A DNA stretch of 64,000 bases, taken from positions 4,470-68,469 of the forward strand of contig VMGT01000003.1 of assembly GCA_007376725.1 (NCBI GenBank), given 5' to 3'. Origin of the DNA: Parcubacteria group bacterium Greene1014_15 (GTDB taxonomy: Bacteria; Patescibacteriota; Minisyncoccia; Phycocordibacterales; VMGT01). Shown here piece by piece: positions 17,853-26,355 of the stretch. A model generated the notes under the pieces. It worked only from the letters and a program-made list of their open reading frames with translations. It did not search any database and was not told the origin of the DNA. A program made the position numbers and the translations under genes. Position 1 is the first letter of the stretch, and the number at the start of each line of letters is the position of its first letter.

Positions 17853-19436
17853 TTATGACGGATCGGGCAGTATCCATGTCGCAGACGGAGGAAATGTGTC
17901 GAAGACCACCTCGCGATGCGCTGTCCATGTTGCGATGATGGATTCTGGTGTGCCGATGCCTGCAGCGGTCGGACCGCAGGGGCCAAAGAAATGGTTTTGT
18001 GGCGCGCCTGTTGTTCGTGCGCGGAGGCCGACGTAGGTGGTGCCGTTTTTGGTTGCACCGAGGACCTTGCCAATGAATTCCTGATCGTTTGATACCACAG
18101 CTGCGGTGAGATGATGCGCTACGCGTTCAAGAATTTCGAGCATGGTATCGACTTGTTCATCGTTGTATTCGACGATCAACTGAAATGGTCCAAAAATCTC
18201 TTTTGTCAAAAGCTCAAACTGCTGTTCTACACAGAAGAGAGAAATTGGTACTGAAATCGCTGTCGGCTCGTAGGCGCCATAGCATGCGGGAATAGTATGG
18301 AGAGTAAGCGGGTTTCCCCCCCAATTCAAGCATGTTCCGTGAAGCGTCAGAATTTTTGCAATATGTTCGTAGATTTGTTCATTGTTCACAGATAGAAGTG
18401 GTCCAACAGTGAGATCACTCAAACTACGCCGCTTCGCGAGTTTCTTTAATGTAATCTCAAGTGTTATACTTTGCCATTTGTGCACAAACAAAAGCGACTG
18501 TGCGGAACATTTCTGTCCTGATGCGGCGTACGCGTCATGATCGCATTGCCATGCTATATACTCGAGATACTCATCCGGTACATCTCTTCCGATGATCTTC
18601 CAGTTGAATCCGGAGTCCTCGAGTTTTACTCGACCTTTCAAGGTTTGCATGACGTATTCGCCAACTTCTGACGAACCAGTGAATTGACAAAAATCGATAT
18701 GTCGCTCTGCTTCCTTAAGCAAGCGTCCCATATTCTCTCCACTGCAGTGGATGAGGTCGATATCAACAGTTGGCAATCCGCACGCGATGAGCAACCGTAT
18801 GAATTGCTCGGTGACAACAGAAACTTTCGAGTCGGATTTCACAAGAGGTCGGTTGCCGGTGAGAAGTGCTCCCATGATTTGCAGAGCTGGAATTTCGAGA
18901 GGGAAGTTGAACGGTGTGATGATGACGACTGCTCCATGCGGCCATCGGTAACCGTTACTTCTTTGTCCATCGTGATTTCCAGTCACCGAGAACCCGCGGC
19001 CAAAATGAAAACGTGGATTGTCTCCGGCGAAGTTGTAGAAAAAGTCGCGTGTAACTGTCACTTCTCCTATACATTGCGCATAAGATTTTGGCATGACGCG
19101 CTGGATTAGAGTTGCAAAATAATCCGCTATATCTGCCTGACTAAGCGCCTCTGCGACTTTTGCAGAAACTTTTCCGAGCATGTTGTAGCGCTCAATGTTG
19201 CGGTATGGATTGTGCAGACCGTAACTCGGCGTATTTTTCAACCCATCAATAAATGTTCCGAATTGTTCAGGAGGCGTATTGGGAACGATGAGCATGCTAT
19301 TGCCGGCCATTGGGTCAGGAAGCACACGTATATGCGGGCTCAATGTTGTCCAAAATTTTCCGAGAGATGTGTGCCATAGTTGCCTAGGATTGAAGATGTA
19401 CCTGCATAAAAGGAGTATGCTGTGCGAACAGGACAA
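17853..19436 (-). CDS. aldehyde dehydrogenase family protein (possibly 1-pyrroline-5-carboxylate dehydrogenase-like)
   Basis: ALDH catalytic Cys context GQKCSAQSLLFV. FTGSSEVG NAD-binding motif. Length near 500 aa. The true start may be the internal Met at 19310. Confidence 0.65.
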   Translation of the reverse strand: MSCSHSILLLCRYIFNPRQLWHTSLGKFWTTLSPHIRVLPDPMAGNSMLIVPNTPPEQFGTFIDGLKNTPSYGLHNPYRNIERYNMLGKVSAKVAEALSQADIADYFATLIQRVMPKSYAQCIGEVTVTRDFFYNFAGDNPRFHFGRGFSVTGNHDGQRSNGYRWPHGAVVIITPFNFPLEIPALQIMGALLTGNRPLVKSDSKVSVVTEQFIRLLIACGLPTVDIDLIHCSGENMGRLLKEAERHIDFCQFTGSSEVGEYVMQTLKGRVKLEDSGFNWKIIGRDVPDEYLEYIAWQCDHDAYAASGQKCSAQSLLFVHKWQSITLEITLKKLAKRRSLSDLTVGPLLSVNNEQIYEHIAKILTLHGTCLNWGGNPLTLHTIPACYGAYEPTAISVPISLFCVEQQFELLTKEIFGPFQLIVEYNDEQVDTMLEILERVAHHLTAAVVSNDQEFIGKVLGATKNGTTYVGLRARTTGAPQNHFFGPCGPTAAGIGTPESIIATWTAHREVVFDTFPPSATWILPDPS

Positions 19437-20666
19437 TATCCTATATTTTGGGACATTCAGAAGGAATGGGACGGAAAAATCAAGTTTGACGGAGCATCAC
19501 GTCGAGATGTCGGATATGTGATTCGAAAAAAGGGATTTCATCAGCAGATCGCGATCCCATATCCTCCGTCGTATATGATGGCACGACCACTACCATATGT
19601 TCTGAAATCGCCGCATGTGCCGAAAGAAGCGCGTGTCGGAAATATTTCAGAGCTGCTGACGCCGACACCACGCGCATACAAGATTGGAAACCTCTTGCCA
19701 TGGTCGTTTCCGCATACACTACTTGAAACACATAACAAATCAGTCTCTGTTCGTGTGTTTGTTGTTGATGCGGCGAGCAACAGTCCCTTGGTAAGCAGAT
19801 TGGGCGTTGTACGCGGATATCAGAATGTTGACGGCGATGAATTGTGGTATGTGTATCGAGGAAATGGCATGGTGCGCACTGAACTTGGTGCGCTTCTTTA
19901 TGGCGCAGGGGACTATCTCTACATACCGAGAGGTTTCATATACGAAATCTACGCAGATTTGTCTTCAGTAACTCACACTGATACGAACAATACGATTCTT
20001 GTTGGTGTTGAAAGTACGAGACCCTTGCTTCGTCCTCTGGTTTCAATGGATGACGTTCCGTATAGTATTCGCGATATGCGCGTGCCTCTCTGTGAACAAA
20101 CAATGCATCTTCCTGTTGTTTTTCATGATTGTGAGAATCCGTATGTGCTTGCAGTCAAACGATCGAACGCATGGTCGTTTCTTGCATACTTCGCAAATCC
20201 GACTGCATGTTTTGGTTGGAGCGGAACCCCGTACCCGTTTATCGTGAACGAGAAATATATCAATGTTCCTGTGGTTGATACGGTGCATACGGATCCGACC
20301 CAGTTCATAGCGTTTGTAACAGGTGACGAAAGTGTCGCAGTATCTATATTTCGTCCGCGGCGTGTGCATTCGATTCCTTACTATCACGATAATACCTACG
20401 ATGAGTGCATGTTTCTCATTGATACGTATGCGGCACGCGCAGGAAGTGTTGCGATGGGGGATATGACATTTCATCCGCAAGGGTTCTGTCATGGTCCACA
20501 ACCGAATGCGTTAAGCATGGCACCTGTGGTAGGTGATCCGCAACACAACCGTTGGGACCGAGAGCGCGCAGTGATGTTTGAATCTCGGCAGCCTCTTGTG
20601 CCGACACGCGAATCAATTGCCGTTGAGCTCCTAGATTACTGGAAATCTTGGATTCCCGGGAATTAA
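19422..20666 (+). CDS. homogentisate 1,2-dioxygenase-like cupin protein
   Basis: Motifs resembling HGD. WSGTPYPFIVNEKY versus WHGNYTPYKY. VDTVHTDPTQFIAF versus FDHADPSIFTVLT. IPYYHDNTYDECMFLI versus PPYYHRNCMSEFMGLI. HPQGFCHGP versus TPHGPD. Confidence 0.55.
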   Translation: MRTGQYPIFWDIQKEWDGKIKFDGASRRDVGYVIRKKGFHQQIAIPYPPSYMMARPLPYVLKSPHVPKEARVGNISELLTPTPRAYKIGNLLPWSFPHTLLETHNKSVSVRVFVVDAASNSPLVSRLGVVRGYQNVDGDELWYVYRGNGMVRTELGALLYGAGDYLYIPRGFIYEIYADLSSVTHTDTNNTILVGVESTRPLLRPLVSMDDVPYSIRDMRVPLCEQTMHLPVVFHDCENPYVLAVKRSNAWSFLAYFANPTACFGWSGTPYPFIVNEKYINVPVVDTVHTDPTQFIAFVTGDESVAVSIFRPRRVHSIPYYHDNTYDECMFLIDTYAARAGSVAMGDMTFHPQGFCHGPQPNALSMAPVVGDPQHNRWDRERAVMFESRQPLVPTRESIAVELLDYWKSWIPGN

Positions 20667-20695
20667 ACAACTGTAGAAAGCGCTGTCGTTCGGGT

Positions 20696-20877
20696 TCGTT
20701 AAAAAATTAATTCCCAAAGATCGCGCACAATGCGCGGTCAAATATGACTTGGCGCGGAATGAGCGAAACCCGAGTTGTATTCCGATACAACGAGTGGTTT
20801 TGCGAGTGAGCACGAGTCGCAGATGACTGCACAGTATGTGCGAGATTGGGAAGTTATTTTTTTAACGAGCCCTTATA
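20696..20877. repeat. MITE-like element family B copy 2
   Basis: Near-identical to 5036-5216 and in the same orientation. The annotated upstream start of the next ORF (20846) lies inside this element. Confidence 0.8.
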
Positions 20878-20908
20878 TGCGACAGCGCTTTCAAACAAGG
20901 AAAAAAGT

Positions 20909-22042
20909 ATGTCGACAGGCAATCTGTACCTTCCAAGTTTTTATAACCCATCTCATGCAGAGTTGTGGAACTATCATCCGGATGCCCGAGCGCTGTTTGA
21001 GTTCGCGAAAGAATATCGCGAGGAATGGAGCATCACCGCGGCGGCGTATGATGCGTTTAAGTTGCTCGTGTTGGGGATTGATTTGCAACGCGATTTCGGC
21101 CATCCGCTCGGATCGCTCTATGTCGGAGGCAGAAGTGGTACAGGGGCGATTGATGATAATCGCCGGACAGCAGAGTGGACCTACAAGAATCTCCCGCGTA
21201 TTACGAGATTCATGCCGACACTCGATACGCATACGACACTGCAGATATTCTTTCCTGGATTTCTGATAGACCAGAATGGAGAATTTCTACAGCCGCACGA
21301 CATGGTCACGGACGGTATGGATATCTTGCGGTTTGGAAAAACTGTCGGCAAGGCATACGCAAACCCTGCGGTCGCTGGAGTTCTCGCAAACGGAAACACA
21401 AAATGGATGCAAAAGCAGATCGAGCACTATTGCGCAGAACTGAACAAAGCGCAAGGTACACTCGGTAGTCCTGAAATGCGCAAATACATGCTCTATACGT
21501 GGCCGGAGCATTGCTTGCTTGGCGGTGAAGGACACAATGTGGTCGGAGTGATTCAGGAAGCCATGCTCTTTCACTCGTATGTACGCCATGCACTGCTTAC
21601 GCCTGAAATAAAAGGTGGAAATCCATGGACAGAAAATTATTCTGTTTTTTCTCCCGAAGTGCTCACGCGTTGGAGTGGCAAGCCGCTTGCAAGAAAAAAC
21701 AAGCGACTGATCAATCTTGTGTTGGGGTACGATGCTATTGTGGTGTTGGGGCAGGCAAAGAGTCACTGTGTTGCTTCTTCGATCTACTCACTTCTTGAAG
21801 AAATTGTTACAGTAGATCCATCTCTAGCGAAGAAAGTATACATTGTCGATGACTGCATGAGTTCCGTTGTTGTTCCGAATAGCGGCTATAACGAGAACGA
21901 CCCCGCATCTGGTCCACAGTATTTAGTTGACTTTACAGAAAAAGGAGACGAATACAACGAGTTGTTCCGCGAGTATGGCATGCATGTGGTGAAATCTACA
22001 GATGACATTGCAACATGGCCTGGCCTTGCACATTTAAATTAA
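20909..22042 (+). CDS. isochorismatase-family (cysteine hydrolase, nicotinamidase-like) protein
   Basis: VLGIDLQRDF (Asp), conserved Lys region, and IVVLGQAKSHCVASS (catalytic Cys). Start chosen at Met 22 of ORF 20846..22042 because AAGGA lies 8 nt upstream and the longer start is inside a repeat. Confidence 0.6.
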   Translation: MSTGNLYLPSFYNPSHAELWNYHPDARALFEFAKEYREEWSITAAAYDAFKLLVLGIDLQRDFGHPLGSLYVGGRSGTGAIDDNRRTAEWTYKNLPRITRFMPTLDTHTTLQIFFPGFLIDQNGEFLQPHDMVTDGMDILRFGKTVGKAYANPAVAGVLANGNTKWMQKQIEHYCAELNKAQGTLGSPEMRKYMLYTWPEHCLLGGEGHNVVGVIQEAMLFHSYVRHALLTPEIKGGNPWTENYSVFSPEVLTRWSGKPLARKNKRLINLVLGYDAIVVLGQAKSHCVASSIYSLLEEIVTVDPSLAKKVYIVDDCMSSVVVPNSGYNENDPASGPQYLVDFTEKGDEYNELFREYGMHVVKSTDDIATWPGLAHLN

Positions 22043-22058
22043 CGCAGTATGTATCATT

Positions 22059-22137
22059 TCACAGCTATGAATAAATCCCTCCCAACCTCCCTTTCAAAAA
22101 GGGAGGAGGGGCGTTCGACTTCCCCCTTTTTGAAAGA
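22059..22137. repeat. family A repeat element (short copy)
   Basis: TCACAGCTATGAATAAATCCCTCCCAACCTCCCTTTCAAAAAGGGAGGAGGGGCGTTCGACTTCCCCCTTTTTGAAAG. Confidence 0.75.
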
Positions 22138-22253
22138 TGTGAGAATTTTCTTTGTTTTTTTCATACAAGAAGTATACAATAGCGTTCGGATTCAAATGGG
22201 AATCTAGCTGCATTTCGTTACTTGTTGTTCAAGAGAATGTGAGGAGGTCTTGC

Positions 22254-22478
22254 GTGGCGATAAAACGGAATAACTATCGTCAGTTAATGGAAGATGCGGC
22301 ATTGGAGTATAACGGCGCCGACCAATGGGATTATATGTGCGGCAACAACGATCAAAAAATCTTCCGCGCACGTCACCCCATGGCCTATCTCGATGGGCAA
22401 TACGTCGGAGTTACCTGCAGTCTCGCTCTCGAGGAGGGTATGAGCGCTCTCGATGTTGTTCGAGTACTCTCGACGTAA
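22254..22478 (+). CDS. small hypothetical protein (GTG start)
   Basis: GAGGAGG RBS lies 6 nt upstream of the in-frame GTG at 22254 within ORF 22152..22478. It is followed by the perfect hairpin TCGACCTGCAC-tatca-GTGCAGGTCGA. Confidence 0.3.
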   Translation: MAIKRNNYRQLMEDAALEYNGADQWDYMCGNNDQKIFRARHPMAYLDGQYVGVTCSLALEEGMSALDVVRVLST

Positions 22479-22721
22479 CGCTTTCTCTCTTCGACCTGCA
22501 CTATCACGTGCAGGTCGAACTATGTTATATGAGAGGAGATTAGGCTTTAAGTAAAAATAAGTTTCCTAATATCGGTTTCAGATTTTCGTGAGATTTGATT
22601 TTTTCGATTGAACAAATCTTGAGGCGTAGCGAGCTACGATAAAAGATTTGTGATTGAGAAAAAATTAAAGATTGCGGAAATATGGAAGCGAATCATGTCA
22701 AGTTATTAATCAACGAGGCCT

Positions 22722-22788
22722 TAGAACCCATCCAGTATCTGATGCAGTACTGAAATGATCAAAATTTGTTGCGAAAATTGTGTAACTA
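22722..22788. repeat. family C element, truncated left half
   Basis: CCATCCAGTATCTGATGCA...GAAATGATCAAAATTTGTTGCGAAAATTGTGT parallels the left half of 28035-28214. It abuts the family A array. Confidence 0.5.
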
Positions 22789-22972
22789 CACACTCCTCAA
22801 AATCCCTCCCATCCTCCCTTTCAAAAAGGGAGGAGTCCACATCCCTCCCATTTTCTTTGAAATCTCCCTCATTCCCCCTTTGATAAAGAGGGAGGTTCTT
22901 GGGAGGAGAAGCGTTCGACTTCCCCCTTTGTGAAAGGGGGAATGAGGGGGATTTTCCGAGGGTGTTGAGGGA
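22789..22972. repeat. family A composite hairpin-module repeat array
   Basis: CACTCCTCAAAATCCC end, A modules and B modules, ending GGGGGATTTTCCGAGGGTGTTGAGG. It is the reverse complement of the arrangement at 6551-6775. Confidence 0.8.
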
Positions 22973-23060
22973 TTACGTGCGTACGCTGCGTTCGTGTTGA
23001 CACTTCTATTTTTTAGTTTTACAATCAACTTGGATTTGTTTCCTTATATACTACAGAGGC

Positions 23061-24224
23061 TTGTTCGGGAGAACAATGATGAAAACAGTTGTGAGGCGTT
23101 TTCGTATTATAAAAACACAGTTTCTGCCAGCATCAGGCATCCCGTATAAAGATACACCGGAAGAATATTTAAAAAATAAAGACCGTCTGTTGTGCATGTA
23201 CCGCCACATGCGAATGATACGGCTGTTTGATGCAAAATCGTTTTCTTTGCAGCGGCAGGGAAGAGCGGGAACAAATGCTTCGACCGAAGGCGAGGAGGGC
23301 TATGCTGTTGGATATGCGGCAGCGATGACTGATCATGAAAAAGTGATTGGCGCAAAGCATATCCATGTGCCGCATTATCGTCAGAATGCGGCAATGCTTT
23401 GGCTCGACGAAGATGATAAAGAAGCCGCTCTCATGCGAATACTTCTTTATTGGGGAGGCTCAGAACTTGGCAACCTTGCCGCAAAGAATCGTCCGGATGA
23501 CCATCCGATGTGCGTGCCCATTGGAACACAAGTCGGACTCGCGCAAGGACGCGCGTTCGCGCTCAAGATAAGAAAAGAAAAGCGAGCAGTGGTTTGTATC
23601 TGCGGTGATGGCGCTACTTCGACAGGTGATTTCAACACCGGCATTAACTTTGCCGGAGCGCTCAAGGTGCCTCTTGTTGTGATTGTTTCGAACAATCAGT
23701 ATGCGATTTCTGTTCCGCGAGAACGGCAAACTGCTGCAGAAACGTTTGCACAGAAAGGAATTGCGGCAGGTATCCACTCGGAACAAGTTGACGGAAATGA
23801 CGTACTCGCTGTGTATCATGTAGTATATCAAGCGCTTGAACGTGCAGTGAAAAATTCCGAGCCGAGCTTGATTGAAGCAATTACCTATCGCCTCGGAGCA
23901 CATACGACAGCTGATGACCCGACAAAATATCGAGAAGACGCGGAAGTGGCGGCTGCGCGAGAGAAGGATCCCCTTCTTCGCATGCGTCGCTTGATTGATC
24001 ATCTTGGTATTTGGGACGAGGCAAAAGAGAGCGCTTACTGCGCGTGGGCAAAAGAGCGCATTGAAGAAGCAGTTAAGCGCTACGAAAATTATGTCAAAGG
24101 AAATCCGTTAACACTCTCCCAGCTCTATGATCATCAGGTGGCATCACCGCATTATACGCAAATCAGAGAGCGAGAGCTTCTGCTCGCATATCAAAAAGCA
24201 GTAGCAGAAGGAGAAAAAACATGA
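23061..24224 (+). CDS. 2-oxoacid (pyruvate, acetoin or branched-chain) dehydrogenase E1 component alpha subunit, TPP-dependent
   Basis: TPP-binding motif GDGATSTGDFNTGINFAGALKVPLVVIVSNNQYAIS. 4-bp overlap with the beta subunit gene. Confidence 0.8.
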   Translation: MFGRTMMKTVVRRFRIIKTQFLPASGIPYKDTPEEYLKNKDRLLCMYRHMRMIRLFDAKSFSLQRQGRAGTNASTEGEEGYAVGYAAAMTDHEKVIGAKHIHVPHYRQNAAMLWLDEDDKEAALMRILLYWGGSELGNLAAKNRPDDHPMCVPIGTQVGLAQGRAFALKIRKEKRAVVCICGDGATSTGDFNTGINFAGALKVPLVVIVSNNQYAISVPRERQTAAETFAQKGIAAGIHSEQVDGNDVLAVYHVVYQALERAVKNSEPSLIEAITYRLGAHTTADDPTKYREDAEVAAAREKDPLLRMRRLIDHLGIWDEAKESAYCAWAKERIEEAVKRYENYVKGNPLTLSQLYDHQVASPHYTQIRERELLLAYQKAVAEGEKT

Positions 24225-25300
24225 GTGAATCAGGCGGCGTTATCAACGTGCCAGTACACAGCACACGAGGAAAAGGCACACACACAATTCTTCAAGCCAT
24301 TAACGCCGCACTCGCGAAAGCAATGGAACTTGATGAAAATGTCGTTCTCATTGGCGAAGATGTTGGGAAGAATGGCGGGGTATTCTGCGTAACGGAGGGA
24401 CTTTGGGAAAGATTCGGTGATGACCGCATCAAAGATACGCCTCTTTCGGAGCAGGCAATTGTTGCAACTGCCACAGGTGCAAGTATGGGTGGAGTGAAAA
24501 TTGTCGTTGAAATACAATTTAGCGGGTTCAGCTATAGCGCGTTTGAGCATTTTGTGAGCCATACGGCTCGTATGCGGGCGCGCACACTCGGAACGCTTAC
24601 TTGCCCTCTCGTTGTTCGCATGCCGTATGGAAACCGTATACATGCGCCAGAACACCATTCCGAAGCAAATGAGGCATTCTTTGCGCACATACCGGCTCTT
24701 AAAATAGTGGTTCTTTCGACGGTAGAAAATGCGTACGGACTCACACTTGCCGCAATCAATGACCCTGATCCGGTCATTGTATTTGAACCGTCTGTTTTGT
24801 ATCGAAGCGTACGGGGGAATATTGTTGATGATGGAAAACCGATGGAGCTTGGCAAGTGCCGAGTGCATCAGGAGGGGAGCGACATAACGCTCATAACCTG
24901 GGGTTCGATGCTCTATGAATGTATTGATGCGGCTGCGCTTGTTGCAACAGAGAACATCAGTGTCGAAATTATTGACGTGCAGACGATCAGCCCCCTCGAT
25001 ATTGATACGGTTGTTGCATCGGTAAAAAAGACGGGACGATTTGCAGTTGTGCAAGAGGCTCCAAGTTTTTGTAGTGTTGCAAGCGAAGTTACCGCACAGT
25101 TATGGGAACGTATTTCCGAATACATACGAGCGCCATCGGTGAGGATAGCTGGAGCAAATGTCGGGATGCCTCTGTATCGGCGCGAAAACCTTGTTGTTCC
25201 AAATGCTCTGCGGATTGCTCTCGACATTCGTTCAATAATCAAAGTGGAGTTTCCTTTTGAAATGCCATTTGCGGCATACGCGGGGATGAGGGCTCATTGA
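24221..25300 (+). CDS. 2-oxoacid dehydrogenase E1 component beta subunit (transketolase-like)
   Basis: VVLIGEDVGKNGGVFCVTEGLWERFGDDRIKDTPLSEQAIVATATGASMGG. C-terminal transketolase-C-like domain. Confidence 0.8.
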   Translation: MSESGGVINVPVHSTRGKGTHTILQAINAALAKAMELDENVVLIGEDVGKNGGVFCVTEGLWERFGDDRIKDTPLSEQAIVATATGASMGGVKIVVEIQFSGFSYSAFEHFVSHTARMRARTLGTLTCPLVVRMPYGNRIHAPEHHSEANEAFFAHIPALKIVVLSTVENAYGLTLAAINDPDPVIVFEPSVLYRSVRGNIVDDGKPMELGKCRVHQEGSDITLITWGSMLYECIDAAALVATENISVEIIDVQTISPLDIDTVVASVKKTGRFAVVQEAPSFCSVASEVTAQLWERISEYIRAPSVRIAGANVGMPLYRRENLVVPNALRIALDIRSIIKVEFPFEMPFAAYAGMRAH

Positions 25301-25478
25301 AAAATAACTTCCCAATCTCGCACACACTGTGCAGTCATCTCCGACTCGTGCTCAATCGCGAAACCACTCGTTGTATCGGAATACAACTCAAATTTCGCTC
25401 ATTCCGCGCCAAGTCGTATCTGACCGCACATTGTGCACGATCTTTGTGAACTAATTTTTTAACGAGCCCTTACTCAGT
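25290..25478. repeat. MITE-like element family B copy 3 (inverted orientation)
   Basis: Reverse complement of the 5036-5216 element. Its terminal inverted repeat overlaps the last codons and TGA stop of the E1 beta gene. Confidence 0.8.
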
Positions 25479-25521
25479 GAAAAAAGCATGACCCGCTGAT
25501 ATTTTATCAGCGGGTCGCTTC

Positions 25522-26301
25522 GTGAGTGTTGTTTTGTACTTTATGTGTCATACTACAAACATAATGTCAGAACAAAGTTTCTGCAAAATAATTTCTATCA
25601 ATATCGAGACAGACAAGCATCACGACACGGTGTTGCCTTTTTTACACAGAGAACAGCCTGACGTTGTTTGCATGCAGGAAATTTATTCCCATGAAGCCGA
25701 GCGATACCAATATGAACTTGGTATGCGTGGGCTGTTTGCTCCTATGAATCTCTGCGTAAGCAGACATATCAAAGGGGCGCTCCATGTGGAAGGAGTTGCG
25801 ATCTTTAGCAAGCATCCGGTTTCAAATGTCAGTATTGCTTTGTATGCCGGATACAAAAATCGCGTTCCGATCTATGTAGACAAAGATGCCCGGACATATA
25901 ATCATGTGCTGCTTTCGTGCGATGTATCCAAAGACAACAAGATATATACGATCGCAACAACTCATTTTACTTGGGCGCCGGATGGGCAAGCAGACGAATT
26001 TCAACGAAAAAATATACTCCTGCTCTTGCGTGCTCTTAAGAAACTACCCGATGTCATTCTCTGTGGAGATTTCAATGCTCCTCGCGGAAGAGAAATTTTT
26101 GATAAACTTGCGAAGAAATATAAAGATAATATTCCAGCTGAAATTACTTCAACGATTGATCCATATCTGCATCGTGCACCGCATTTGCAATACGTTGTTG
26201 ATGGATTGTTCAGTACGCCAAAATATAGTGTCGACAATGTTCGAGCTGAAACAGGTATAAGCGACCACAAAGCAATCGTTGGTAGTGTTCACACACAGTA
26301 G
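25522..26301 (+). CDS. endonuclease/exonuclease/phosphatase (EEP) family protein
   Basis: VVCMQE, CGDFNAPRG and ISDHKAI motifs. Confidence 0.7.
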   Translation: MSVVLYFMCHTTNIMSEQSFCKIISINIETDKHHDTVLPFLHREQPDVVCMQEIYSHEAERYQYELGMRGLFAPMNLCVSRHIKGALHVEGVAIFSKHPVSNVSIALYAGYKNRVPIYVDKDARTYNHVLLSCDVSKDNKIYTIATTHFTWAPDGQADEFQRKNILLLLRALKKLPDVILCGDFNAPRGREIFDKLAKKYKDNIPAEITSTIDPYLHRAPHLQYVVDGLFSTPKYSVDNVRAETGISDHKAIVGSVHTQ

Positions 26302-26355
26302 TAGCCATCCTTCTCGTGTTTGCTATACTGAATACGTTCGTAACAATCTATTTTT

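Noticed and set aside
20846-20908. Upstream extension of the isochorismatase-like gene to the ATG at 20846.
   Set aside because: The extension lies inside MITE copy 2. The internal Met at 20909 has an AAGGA RBS at the proper distance.
24230-25054. Long antisense ORFs inside well-supported genes (for example 24230..25054 (-) 274 aa within E1 beta, 10119..10622 (+), 16505..17053 (-), 23460..24002 (-) and 37233..38267 (+) within the giant protein).
   Set aside because: These are shadow ORFs on the strand opposite conserved protein-coding genes, with low-complexity or biased composition and no motifs.
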